This document shows positions 37,501 through 49,769 of a stretch of 64,000 nucleotides of DNA, piece after piece. The position numbers and the translations under genes were made by a program. The stretch is from the NCBI RefSeq assembly GCF_001949145.1, contig NW_019091361.1:1590866-1654865 (forward strand), in the 5' to 3' direction. Origin of the DNA: Acanthaster planci (taxonomy: Eukaryota). The notes below the pieces were generated by a model. That model did not search any database. It was not told the origin of the DNA and was given only the letters and a program-made list of their open reading frames with translations. Each line of letters opens with the position of its first letter. Position 1 is the stretch's first letter.

Positions 37501-40500
37501 ATGTGAGCCGCTCAGCCCTGGCCGTGCCGGAGGTCACAATCACAGTCAAAGGGGTTGATCCTGAAAATGTGTTTATCTCGGACAGGTAATCATGAGAGTA
37601 TTGTGGATTGTTAACAATAGAGGAGCCGTATATCCTGAAGCGTTTGATCAGACAATCGGTTATTTGGTTTCTTGGCTAGAGAGTACCGAAGTAAATACCT
37701 CACATGCACAAAGATGTGAGTGAAAGAAAGCGCCAGGACCAGCACGTGAACCATGCGTGCGCGTGCTCCATTTGTTTGTATGGCATTTTACTGGTTCTGC
37801 ATGACATCACACTTTGGTACTCTGTATTGCTGATGGTTATCATGGGTGATGATTCAGTGCTTTCGGTTGTCATGTGCAGTTTATCCTATTAACATATTAC
37901 AAAAAATAAACAGTTTTGAGATGATTGTATTATTATGAACTATTTTGTTTTTAACTTAAAGAGTGCAAAAGCTCCAGTATTTAAGGTTTTGCACATTAAT
38001 TATTTTTCACATTTTCACCAATTACATTCAAACAATGTGTAAACTTCCATGATAATAGTGAATTAAAGATGTCTATCTAATCATGAAATACATTCCTGGA
38101 GCAACGTATTTCAACTGTAGATGGTCTCAGCATTCTTTGTTTCAATGCTTTTCTTTTTTTAGTTTTGACCTGACGGCCGAGGTGACCTTCTACTCAGACT
38201 GCGTTCCCCCGGGCGACACAGTCTTTTTCTGGGCTGTTGATAATGAAGATATCCCATTAAACCTCAAAACCATCAACAGACGCACATTGCATGTAGACCC
38301 CAACACCCTCCCAGGTAGCGTCTATAAGCAGGGAATTGTAACTAATTACTGGTATCTTTATGAAGTTCTCCTCCAACACCCAAGATGTTACTCTTTGAGC
38401 CCTCAAATCCTCAGCCTGGCTCATTATCTGTGTAAAGATTAAGTTGGGGGTTGTAAGTTTTATTCATTCTGTTATATTGTATTATTGCTATGAATTGATT
38501 GCAGAATATCAATTAATGAAATTACTGATATTATAAATCAGCATTCCTTTCCTTCAGCAAAGCTTTAACAGAGGTATTGAATCAACTTTATATGCCTAGG
38601 TAATCCAAACGATTCATCTTGATAGGTCCCAATTAATGAAGTCTCGATGTGATTTACATTTTACTTGGCTCATTTCAGGAGACACAACGGTGACCTTCAC
38701 TGTCGCCATCTACAAGTCCAGTGATCCCAGCAACAACATGACCCAGTCCTTCTCGGTGCAGACCCGATACTCCGATCTGATCCCCATCATCTTCGGCGGC
38801 AGTGAGCTGACCGTGGGCCGTGACAGCGGTATGCTGACCCTGGATGGCTCAGGCTCCTTTGATCCAGACCAGGTGGCGGTCAATATGGAGTATGAGTGGC
38901 TGTGCTCTCAGGTAGGAAATAACTTTAAATGTATTTCTGCATTTCAGTTTTGTTGAATGTGCTATACATAACATTGACGGTAGGTTAGAGATCTTAAGTA
39001 ACTTTAAGTGCAATGTACAGATGAAATCTCAACTATATCAACTATATGTGGTGTCAACTGTCATGTGTTACTGTGTGTGTTGGTTATCACGTTGATATTG
39101 AAATATTGTCTTCTCAGCAGGTATTTGAGTCGATCAGTCTACGAAGGAGTATTTCTATGATATCATCAGTACATTATTACAACATCAAAGTTTTTTAAGT
39201 GATCCCATGGTCATATCACCATTTCACAAAATCTTGATTTGTTCATAACTTTTCGAGATGACCTGTACACAGACTAGGGCCTATCAGGCAGACAACATAC
39301 AGCAGTGAAAATGCAACCTCCTTGCTGGAGGTGAAGATGATGTTGACAACAGATATAAGACAAACGAAAAAGAAGATAAGAAAAACATAGACAGACTGGT
39401 GCAAGGACGGATCCAGAACTCAAGATTTTGGGGAGCTAAACTAGTTTTTAAGCAGGCCAAAAAATGGACATTTTTCAAGTAAGTTTTGATGTCCTTTCTG
39501 AGGGGTGGGGCTACATTTCAGGGCTTTTTACACCCTTTTGTAGGAAGGGAAATGAAATACACCAAAAACTTCGCCTTTCTCTCATTATACACAAACAAAT
39601 GGGCTCATTTTTTGGGGGGGGGCACGGCCCATCGGTCATCTGGATCCACCCTGGGACTGGTGATGGATGTATACAGAGACACTACAGTTTATTTGCTTAT
39701 GCTCCCACTAACTTTCTCTGCATATTTATTTCATGATCTGAACCTCATCAGGTGACTGACAGCACAGCTTGCTGGTCCTACAAAGAAGGCGAGGCTGGCA
39801 CCCAGTTCCCATCAGCCGAAGCGGCTGCTTTGAGTGTGCTGTCCATCCCGGCCAGCGCCATGCAGGCTGACAAGACATACGAGTTCACCCTGGTGGTGTC
39901 TAAGCTGACACGGTCCGCCTCGATATCGGTCCGTGTCACTGCCTTGAATGGAAACCCTCCAAAGGTAACGTACAACAGGAGATAAGTTGAATTGATTATA
40001 AGTCAAACTTAGTCGAGAAGGTTAAACTTCTCTCTCTTTTGGAATGGGAAATTTTGCTCTGTTTGACTAAAACAAATGATGAAATTATCTACGCAGAAGA
40101 TTTATATTCTGAGTTAAGCCCGTTTTTCATGTTTCCTGCGAACATTTTCAATCTTACATAAAACTGATTTTGACTGTACATAATTTGTCTGAAGATAACT
40201 GAGTGATCAAAAGAACATACACTGAATGGAAATAAGAGATTGAATTGAATATTTGTTTTCTGTCGTTAACACAATTTTCTAACCAGATCTAAACCATTTT
40301 TCAAATGAACCTCTCTCATATTCTAATGAAAATAGAGGCTGCCGAGAGAGCTTAAGTTCGGATTAATAGTTGGACATAGAATAATTAAATGGAAGTGACA
40401 GGTGGAAAGAGGCTTGTAATTGATTTTCTAAGTTTTGTTCAGTGGGGATTAATTCATCACTTAGTTTGTTTAGCATTGTAATTTAGCATTGAAAATACCT

Positions 40501-43500
40501 TCTTTCGCAGGTTGACATTTCCACCATGTTTGATGAGCGAGTCTTGTCTGAGGACTCCCTCTCACTGAAAGCCAACATCTACCATGATCAACCCCTCACC
40601 AGCTATGTGTGGGAGATGGTAGGAACAGACGAAGGTGAGAAAAAAGCGTGCTTCTGTTTTTGTGGGTGAATGTCTCCCCGATTGCCAAGGGTTGTATTCA
40701 TGTTGTTGCTGCATGCTTTCCAAAAATATCATTGTTAAAAACTACCATCAATATTTCTCCTTTTTACTGTATTGAAATTTGTTATTAAAACTTAATCAAC
40801 CAGTTTTTATAGACTTTTGCGGTAATGAACCTCTGTGTAGTTGGCATTCACTTAATAAACTTTTCCCTTCCAGTGGTGCATTGATTTGAACTTTTCAAAT
40901 TACATTTTCAGGAAGGAAACACCGGTGATTTTCCCCGGTTCTGCTCATACAGATTCAACACTGATTTCTCCGTTCCATTTGCATTTATTAGGTTATGCCT
41001 TCCTGGACTTGAGTGATTCCAACAACTTGGATAGCCCAGCCTCTTTGTTCCCATTCAGTAACTCCAATGGATCGATCTCTTTCTTGACCATCAAAGCTGG
41101 TAAGATGCTAAAGCTGTAGACAATAGTAGTACAATAGTGAGACACAAGAAGCACGAATTTCTTTCTGGTGATTTTGAAGATTCCAACTGTTTCAAGGAGG
41201 TCATGAGTTAAAATATAATTTGACCGATTGTTGTAATATAACATAGGTCAGCTTACTTTTGTTCGATGAGCTGATATCAGTCAATTATCAGTGAGTCAAT
41301 TAGACAGATACATGTATCTTGCCATTTAAATGCAACAGCGTGTATTTGAATTTCAACTGCGCCAAAACAAGTATTTTGGGGTTTTTTGTGCACAGGCAAA
41401 CTAACAGCCGGCTCCACCTACCAAGTTCAGCTGACAGCAACCACTGAGGATGGACAGTACGGCATAGCCAAGGTCCAGTTCACTGTTGTGTCTGGTGTAA
41501 CATCGTGCATATTCAGCCTGAACAGTGTCAGCTCGTACACCGAGTTGGAGACGGTAAGGGGTGGACAAACTCACATGACGTTGCTTTTGAGTCAAGACCT
41601 CCGATAATACCTGTACTCCAACGGATTTGGGGCATTTTGACAAAGTGTATTAATAGTGCTGGCATGACGAGTGAATTTTGTCCAGGCAATGCTTCAGTCT
41701 TGTGCATCATCATCATCAGATAGATGCTTGGTGCAGGTTTAGAGTCTTAGAACTCACATCGCCAGCTGATGCTATATTATCCAAATTCTCTTCCTCCAGG
41801 TGGTGTACACGGTTGAGAAGTGCGTTGCCGATGAGTCAGCCTATCCACTGAGTTACCGCGTCTTCCTGGTGAGTGGTGGCAGGAGACAGACTGTCACTTC
41901 ACAGACCAATGACCCGGCCATTGAAGGCGTCGGCAAAGCAGCTACAGAAGAGGGCTCCAGCTCTAACACCTTCGCAGCAGAGGTTGGTGTAAAGTTCAGT
42001 TTATTTTTCTGTCAGTGAATCATTCCGGGGAACCCTTCCTATTCCCTTCTACCCAAGAGCTAGTTTTAATTCCTCATTATGACAGACCCAATCGCCCATC
42101 AGCTACTCTCTGTGGATCATGGACATTGGCTTTGTCATTTCAATTCTGTTTCAGTGTATTACATGTAATCTTCTTGTAATACTTCCTGGGAACATCTACT
42201 TAAAAGACAACTCGAGAGTTTTGTATTATACATTAAAGTTACTTGATCGATAGGTCCGTAGGATAACACAAATACAATCTTCTTTTTGGCACAATGAATC
42301 TCCAGTTTCCCGGCTTCTTTATTTGAAGTAATTAAGAATTCAGAACTTGCCTTCTCAAAAAAAACTTTTCTGCACTGTTTACCCATGTTTTCTTACAAGA
42401 TGTATTTCTCAAGATGGAGGGTTGAAAGGATGTAACAAAAGAAAAATAATTTTGCTTTGCTAAACAGTGTTTAATACAGAAGTGCAGAAATTGTGATTGT
42501 CCTTAAGAATGCTAGAAGGATCTAGCATCTGTGTAGGATCCGATCGCAAACTGGCAATGAAAAGGATACCTGTTGTGACAAATTACTCATTACATGGTTC
42601 CTGCTCTCCTCATGTCTCTCACCTTTCAACAGGTTTGTGATGCGTACAATAGCTGCAGTTTCTTCTACCACACTGTCAGTGTGTCTGTCATCCAGGAATG
42701 CTCCGCTGCCTTCTTCGCTCAGCTTTTGGAAGAGCTGGTCACAGTGGAAAAGTACAAACGTGAGTTACTCTCTTTACTGATTGTGGATTGGTAGCTTTTT
42801 ATCATGCCCCTTGAGAGACAGAATGCAAAATGAAGACTACGGGACGCTTAAGGGTCACATTAATTGAGCCTCATGTGCATGCTGTGTCTCTTTGAAACAC
42901 TATAGGCCTATAGAGAGAAATAGAAGTGGAAGAGTCGGTTGTTAATTGGATATTATGATTTACTCTCAATCATATTTGCTGATTTCTTTCGGCAGAAAAC
43001 TACGTTAACGCTTTCGTCAACTTCAATGAGGTTCAGAGTAAGGTAGGTGCTTCAGTCATCAATAATGTGACAAGACTACATTAATTTGCTCATAAATGCA
43101 TTCAACTTTGATGGATATGATTGTTGCAAATGAGTTCTGAATATCTGAGGTTCAGGCTGCGTTCCAGTTATGCCATTGGAGTGAATGTAACCCACTGTGG
43201 AATGTGGAATTGAATTGAGCTCTGCAAGCAAAGGTTATACTAAGTGAATCTGTCCCAAAGGGTCCCAAAGTCCCAAAGGGTACAAGTCTTTATTTTTACC
43301 TGCATTTACAGTGCGCCAACAGCACTGACTCCAGGCGCCGTAGACGCTCTGTCTCGACAACGGATACAACCACAGATGAGGCTTCGGAGCAACTGTCACT
43401 GGTACTCAGCAGTATAGAATCCAGTGTGATGGACACCACCTCAGCTCAGTTGCTGATTGACCAGTGCAATTACATCAACACCGCAGACTTGGCTCCAGCT

Positions 43501-46500
43501 GATAAAAGTATGTATGAGGATGTAAATTCGTAGGCTTTTATGCAAACAGTAGATAATAATCGATAAAGTGCAATGCAAAAATTGATTTGATGAGGTGATA
43601 AGGTGACAGATTAACTGAATAATTTATTTGTCATGATCTGCGATTCCCAGTTTAGACGACAGTGTTTGTTCAGATCTTGTGCAGTGTGACCTGAGTTTTA
43701 GCAAAATTGTGTCTTGTCACTTGAAGTGGTCAAGTAATGCCGACTTCACAGGCATAATAGGGCAGACTAATTTATTCCAATCGATCTTTATCACTGGAAA
43801 TATTGGTACATAAAACGATGTCAGTGTGATATTTCAGTGAAGTGTGATTGGGCAGATTGACAGGAAAAAATCACTTTTCAGATAGCGGGATCTTTTGCCA
43901 GCATTAAATATGTGCATCTTTTTTCCAACACAGCAAAAGCACAGAGTCTGATAAAGATAGGACATAGCCTTAAACGTTTAACCAATGCATATTTCCAGAG
44001 ATGGCATTCTTCCGATAAACTGTGTGACTGAACAAGCAGATATCAATCACTGGATGTAATTCAGACTCTGCAATTCAATGTAATTGAGGACTATTCCACA
44101 GCTTCTGCAAATATGTTTGACATAGAACAATATGGCATTAGCATCCTTTTTCATTTTTCTCCTCATTTTCAAGGCGTCTTCATTGGAGTCTTGGTTGACC
44201 TCGTCGCCGTCTTCCAGGACGCCGGAGAGACTGTCCCAGATGACAGTGCCAGCATCGTTCTGGACAAGGCTACCGAAATTAGACGCAGTCTGAATGCAAC
44301 CCACTATGCCAACGTCATCGCTACCATCACGTAAGTCGACAACCTAGCCGTTGCGCCAAAGTACCCTGCCTTGGCGTGTGCTCTGGACTCGCACTGAGTT
44401 GCGAGATAGTTTTGCACGTACATTACTCTGAGCTAACATCCAATCTTAAAATTAGCAAGCAATGCAAGAGTACCCTTGGTGTAATTGATCCATATAGGTC
44501 CAGCCGTTCATGCATTCAGGAGTGATCTCTTTGTAGCAAGAGGAGCATGCTCAAAAGCAGCTCTTAAGACAACATCAGCACTCCTATGCAGTTCTGTGGT
44601 TTAGTATCCTCAAAATAACTGTGGGAGCTGTCCTGCTGCTAGGTCCATTCTGAGTGAATTCCACTGAATTCATATGCAGTCTTTTGAAACTTGTATTGAG
44701 CATTTCAATTCCACATTAGTCGTTTACATTCAAAGTGGACTGTATTCCATGTTTGATCGCTCCTCAATTGTGCTAATAGGCATTTGACTCAATCAGCTAT
44801 TTTACACTGAAACCCTGGTTATTCTGACGATTGCCATTAATAGGACTCTGACTGACAGCCTTAGCCAGGCACAGTTGAGCCAACTGGAGCTGGGTGCTGT
44901 AGCCCTGGAGACCACTTCCTCTGCCATGACCAGCTCAGTGCAGCGGGCCATACCCAACGGCATCTTCAGGTCCAAGTCATCGGGAGGGAACGCTGTTGAC
45001 TTTGGTAGTGCCCTGGCATCAAGGTAAACATGCTAAAGTCGTGATGGTAGAGTCTTTTTTTCAGTGGACGGTGTGTTCAGATAACTTGGCACACACTTTA
45101 ATTTGCACTTATCCTCAGAGAAACAAAGATTTTTTCTCCGAACTGGTGCAGATGATGAGTTTTCATACAATTGGTTGAAACAAAGAGCCTTTCTCAAAGA
45201 GCACAAAGTATTCACAGCACCTGAGAGGATAGAAACTGACATTGCAGTTATCTAATGATGTACAAAGGCTGTCGTAAGACAGTCAAAGAGGTAACATAAA
45301 GAGAGGAACTCAAGCTCTCTTTAGATTCATTGAAGGGAATTTACAGTCTTTAAGATTGGTTTTCTGAAGCTTTCATTAGTTTTGTCTTTAATAAGAGAGC
45401 AAACTAATTTGGGGGTAAATTGTTGACAGTCCATCAGGTATTAATGCAGCCTTTCTCCGCCGCTCTCATCTGACTGATATGCAGATTTAGCGCTGACTGG
45501 GCTTGCAGCACCGGTAGCTGCTCCGGGGTGACCGTCAGCTTTGAGCACTGGGAGACTGGACAGGATGAATTTTCCCTGACGGCTGCAGATCAGGCCAGAG
45601 TAGCCGCTGATATCACAGACATCAAACTGCTGGATCCATCATCAGGTACAGAAGTAAAGTTCGGTACTCAGCTGAAACCATTATAAACACCAAAGTGTTT
45701 GTCTTGAAAAGTGATCCGATTGCATAACAAACCACGGACCTTATTACTTTGTGAAGGCATTTTACACCAGCATTTTGTGAGGTACAAAAGGCAAAATGTC
45801 ATTGCATATATAATTGAGAAAAAAATTAATAATATTGCTATACTGAAATTTTCCTCATTCTGGTCCCTCATAAAAACCAACAGTTTAAAAAGGTTTAATG
45901 GCAGGTTTCATCTGCATTTCATCCTTAAGCTTTTATACGGTTACAAATAACTGGTAACTGATGATCTGATACTCATTTATGTATACTAAACTTATTCACT
46001 TTGGTTGACCTGTCAGAAACCAATAGAATTTCCTTGCAGAAGTACGGCCATGTGTGAAGAGCTTGGCTTTGGCCATGAATTGGCCAAATCCGTCGCCCTC
46101 AGATGCCTGGGATACCACCTCCCGTGGCAAAAGAGGCAGCCCAGTTTTCATACTTAATCTGCTTTTTTTCTCCCTTTAGGTGAGGAGCTTACGATCGCCA
46201 ACCTGACGGAGCGCATCTCCATCACCCTGAGCGTGACACTGCCCCAGGCTGGCAAGACCTATGAGTGCCATTACTGGGACACAGTGGGCCAGGCCTGGTC
46301 AAACGATGGTCTGGAGACCGTCCTGAATGCAAGCAGCAGTTCAGAGGTGGAGTGTCTGACTGATCACCTGACGGCATTCACTCTGCTGACTGTTGATGAA
46401 CCTACCAGTGACTCGCCGACTGTGGCGACAGATCAGGTGACAGATGCAACCACAAGTCCCCCAACAGGTTGGTGACAATTAAATGAAACTTATATGCATG

Positions 46501-47588
46501 AGTGGACTAATTGTTTCAATCTGACCAGTGCTGCTATGTATTGATTCAGAGGTTTATTGCTTCCTGAGATATCGTTTCACGTACATGAGACAAAACTCAC
46601 TGGACAGAACCTAGACCTGTAAACTTCGGAGTAATTTTTGATCCAATATAAAAACAAAGCTGCCCAAATTAAAAATTATCGATGCAGATATATCCTTTTA
46701 TGTATAAATACATGAAAATGTCAGGTCCTACGTTAAAGGGTAATCTCTAGGGAAATGCACAGAGCCAGTGGTTCTGGAATTGTATTTGTCAGGCAAATAT
46801 TAAATCTGTCTCACTAGTTAATATTTGATATTAATATTTGATATTATATTTTTTAAGAGAATGGTCTTTCTTCTTTCGTTTCAGTTCACTATGTTACCAC
46901 TGTGGACGCCGGGCCAGTAGGTAAGTTAATAGTGGAGTCATTATGTCAGTATAGTCAATAACTGAGTCACTTGACATTATAGAGTGCCCAGTGGAATAAC
47001 TGCCCAAAAGGAACCAACAGAATGTTAACCTATCGGAAGTGGAAGTTGGAGGGGTTGTTCACAAGCATACATCACCGATAAATTTGATGATGATGATATT
47101 TAAAATTTCCCTGATTTTTGTTTGCAGATGTACCAGAGGACAACAATTCTTCCACTACCATTATTATTGTGGTTGTGTGTGTTGTTGTTGCTGTTGCTCT
47201 TCTGGTCGTCATCGGTGCCATCGTCATCGTCAAAGCCAAGAAGAAGAGTAAGGTGGCCGCCTCCGATCCCAACATGAATGGGACAGACGCTGAGGCTCCC
47301 AGGCAGCCTGAGGAGGCTGTACCGGCGCGCCCGGAGCAGTGGGCGTCCCAGCGGCCGACCACGCCCCGCAGGTCTCCCAGCCCACAGCAGGCCCCGGTGT
47401 TGCAGCAACAGCAGCAGGTGCAGGTGGTCACGGTGCCCGTGGCGCTGGAGACTGCTCCCCTGCACAGTCTCCCTCCCCCGGCCTCCCCACACCTGGTGGC
47501 TGATATGGAGGACACAGCCCCACCCCCAGTGTACATCCCACCAACCCAGAGTCTGGACATTACACTCCCCATCACTGATGTGTCTTAG
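19559..47588 (+). CDS. Giant single-pass REJ/GPS (polycystin-1/REJ-family-like) membrane glycoprotein; 28 coding exons; ~3,980 aa as assembled, likely >4,100 aa
   Basis: Coding exons, all GT-AG with phases checked: 19559-26740 (contains N gap), 30733-31023, 31397-31567, 31981-32137, 32950-33055, 33367-33508, 34083-34157, 34545-34688, 35162-35371, 35860-36030, 36606-36869, 37387-37585, 38163-38314, 38679-38911, 39752-39964, 40511-40634, 40992-41099, 41396-41553, 41800-41982, 42633-42759, 42996-43042, 43312-43507, 44174-44330, 44844-45023, 45485-45645, 46180-46467, 46885-46920, 47128-47588. Signal peptide MASMFAYVSYIALVVLASGVWS. REJ-type motifs YTFSLTTQNFLG, LTLDGSGSFDPD...YEWLC, YEFTLVVSK and DESAYPLSY. 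GPS CHYWD...WSNDGL...VECLTDHL|TAF. TM IIIVVVCVVVAVALLVVIGAIVIV followed by KAKKKSK. Confidence 0.88.
19770..26715 (+). repeat. Coding tandem array of at least 7 divergent ~300-340-aa repeat units with 8 conserved Cys
   Basis: Approximate units: 19770-20635, 20696-22250, 22325-23225, 23330-24202, 24356-gap, gap-25755, 25843-26715. Shared motifs are (A/V)GxLxNxGT..C..C..C, then C..(A)SPxLC, then FxFLGxYxxxxExC, IMxDxxxC and TGF/YxxxxxxCxxxxxxF. Near-identical DNA pairs: 23618-23810 vs 24632-24824 (offset 1014 nt = 338 codons) and 24437-24556 vs 24973-25092. Confidence 0.85.
24947..24971. other. Assembly gap (25 N) inside the coding repeat array
   Basis: Run of Ns. The flanks correspond to two different positions of the repeat unit. 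Confidence 0.98.
26972..27710. mobile_element. MITE / non-autonomous DNA transposon with ~195-bp terminal inverted repeats
   Basis: 26972-27167 is an imperfect inverse of 27514-27710; for example atgcgcacaaatgcccttggaagcaagaagtgtgagcgggccattga is a perfect inverse match. The ends TA-gacct...aggtc-TA suggest a TA target duplication (Tc1/mariner-like). No transposase ORF. Confidence 0.8.
28057..28283. mobile_element. Penelope-like retroelement fragment (inverted pLTR arrangement) with 16-bp flanking direct repeat
   Basis: The direct repeat ttatatgattcaacat occurs at 28041-28056 and 28284-28299. There is an internal ~52-bp inverted repeat (28057-28108 vs 28198-28249), a central minimal hammerhead motif on the minus strand, and a PLE-like tail caccatgaaaacctttaagtct. 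Confidence 0.65.
28154..28195 (-). ncRNA. Minimal type I hammerhead ribozyme motif
   Basis: The minus strand reads CTC-CTGAAGA-C-GGACAG-AGTACA-CTGTTC-GAAA-CG-TC-GAG. This gives the CUGANGA and GAAA cores, a 6-bp stem II (one G-U), a palindromic ACGU mini stem III, a UC cleavage site and a 3-bp stem I (CTC/GAG). Confidence 0.65.
30733..33003 (+). other. Cys-rich DCxGxCxG / CxxC repeat region of the giant protein (4 exons)
   Basis: LDCAGVCNG, NDCAGVCGG, RDCASVCNG, WDCHGTCNG, IDCRGVCKG and MDCNGDCF, ending in GCDGVPNSGQVNDACGVCGGTGTTC. Confidence 0.8.
33004..35340 (+). other. One clear and one probable IPT/TIG-like beta-sandwich domain
   Basis: The spliced sequence VIPNL...LEVYGAGF...LVCIF...A....LTCNVPSLAAGDYRVKV matches the IPT/TIG pattern. 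A second unit reads ILTVSPSEL...FSIP...VTFWPSLNG. Confidence 0.6.
33741..34013 (+). mobile_element. tRNA-derived SINE (V-SINE-like central motif) in an intron
   Basis: A box TGGCATAATGG (33752-33762), B box GGATCGATTCC (33795-33805), central gtgggtttt...ggtttccctcccac motif, and a (TAAA)n tail ending near 34013. Confidence 0.7.
39410..39656. mobile_element. Short MITE-like element (ggatcca-type TIR)
   Basis: caaggacggatccaga at the left vs tctggatccaccctg at the right, with a G-run near the right end. Degenerate. Confidence 0.4.
46266..46388 (+). other. GPS autoproteolysis motif (cleavage predicted between L 46368-46370 and T 46371-46373)
   Basis: CHYWDTVGQAWSNDGLETVLNASSSSEVECLTDHL|TAFTLL, with the H-L-T consensus intact. 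Confidence 0.9.
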
Positions 47589-47800
47589 ATATGATAAACA
47601 AACTTACAAAATCTGATGATCAGAACCAAACAGGTTTGAAGGATAAATGATTTCAAATACACATCGACACCAGGGCCTACAGCGTAGTGTGTCTTACAGG
47701 TTGCAGTTCCAACTAGATTTTATGATGATTATCAAACTGTCTTCTTTGAATTGTCACTTGTGAGAATTTGTCAAATGTTTGAAATAATTTAAACAAAAGC

Positions 47801-47806
47801 AATAAA
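47801..47806 (+). promoter_or_regulatory. Candidate polyadenylation signal of the giant gene (alternative at ~48746)
   Basis: AATAAA ~210 nt after the stop codon; a second AATAAA lies near 48746-48751. Confidence 0.35.
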
Positions 47807-49769
47807 TGAAGTTGTTTTAAAGCAAAGAAGATCGTTAAAACTTAAAGGTATGACTCAGACCAACAATTATTTTGAATTACCTAATGTGTGAAGTAGTTTT
47901 CAAAGTTCTGTGTTCTTTCATTAAGGTAAGCTCAATCCACGGACTAAGCTTTACTCTGTTATACAGCAATAACTATTTGGAAAGAGGTTTGCAGTGTTGC
48001 ATATGCTGTATTTTGATCACATTCTTACAGTTTCTCACAGAGATTTGCTCACTAACTATTTTTCATGGTTTTCTCTGGGTACATTGAGTATTCTGCCTGT
48101 TGAAATCTGCAGGTTTAGTTTTACAAAGTCGCACGACAGAAACTCTACTAATCACTTTCGTTCGAATTGCATGTCTCTTATAATATGTTGCAAGAATCTC
48201 GAGCAGACCTGCATGCCTATACATGAAGTTGATTATTTGTAGCCTGGCTAGGGACAAGGACAGAAGACCTTTGTTGTGTACCTTGTGTGGGAGATGCCTT
48301 TGTACTTGGGCCTGACTTGAGGTATCTTTTTGGTGTGACTCGTTTACAGTATTGAAAAGGATTTCAGTATTGAATTATTTCGGGTAATTGTGCGTAAATT
48401 GACGGCTTTATGACAATCAGCAATATCTTCAAACGTATAATTTTTGTCCCTTATCCGTCCAGTGATATAGAAATTTCTTCAAATACGACACTGCTTCTGG
48501 GAAGATCGATTTTCAGCTGATTTATTTTATGTTTTATTGACTATCTTGTACAGATTTCATATCTTTGCCTTTGACATTGAAAACATTTCAGACATGTTGA
48601 ATTTAGATTTTATATTCTATAGATTTAATTAACATTCTCTAAGTCTTTACTACGCTGTACTTGTATAGACGTGAATTTTGAGTATGCGTGTGTAGTAAAT
48701 AATACAATTCCACTGGAAGTTATTTTTATTGAAGAGAAAGTTTTAAATAAAGAGCGTGGACTTTTACAGAGTTTGAAATGAATTGCTGTGACCTTTTACT
48801 GCCTGTGACACTGTTTGGCCAGTTTTGTTGGGCACAAATTCAAAATCTATTGATCAGATGACCAGATAGTTTTTAGAAATGTACAATACATTTACCTTGA
48901 AAATGCAGTGTTTTCTTTCTGTTTGATTAAATCTCTGCTACGAAAATAATTCTTGAGACTTTTTTTTCAAAAAGGAAAACTGACGTCAACATGGGAGGGC
49001 TGACGAAAATATATACCCTAGCAAAGCAACGTGGACCAAAGAAAAAATCGAGTGGAAAAAAGTATTACGAGTCGTCGGCATAGTAATTCAAGAGATTTGG
49101 CAACCTCAGTTTACCTATGTATGATTGTGTTAGCGTGAATTGCGAATAAAACTACAACACACAGTTAATGGTCCATGCTCAGTGCTACTTTGTCCAGCGA
49201 TTGACCAAAGTGGCCCCATCCTTTCCCCGCCTTTCCCATCAAACACTGGACCACTTATTGTGCAGCTAATCACAATCCTTACCAAGCAATTTTCCCCAGA
49301 TGCAGTTCACTTTAGAGAGAGAGACACCTTCGATCATGACGTTTGATACGTCTGACTCAAACAGCATCATCAAATAGGACAGAATTTCTATTGAGGCTAA
49401 TTCAAAAGAAACTAAAGGCTAGCTAAACAACAAGCAACCAATTAATGTATTACGAGTGATTGTAATTTTTTTTAAAGCCTGAATTTTCTCGGAAAAGGGG
49501 CTTTAGAAAACATTTGTTAGTATATCAATTTACAGAAACTGAAAAATTACCGGACCCACAAGAAAATATCCTGCCAAAAACTGACCCATAACTTTTGAAA
49601 ATCTAAAATGCTTGAAGGTTGCACTGCACCAAATATGCGCCAATAGAAACAGTGCAAAATTGGACCGAAATAGTGCCGCCTGTTGACTATTGGAAAGAGG
49701 CTGGCCTCCGGTTTTTCACAGGAAGTTCAAAATTATGGCCATAATTTCACCTTTGCCCTACTCAGGGCC

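Noticed and set aside
47574..47588. C-terminal PDZ-binding motif (ITDVS)
   Set aside because: The final residue is Ser, not hydrophobic, so it does not fit class I/II PDZ ligands.
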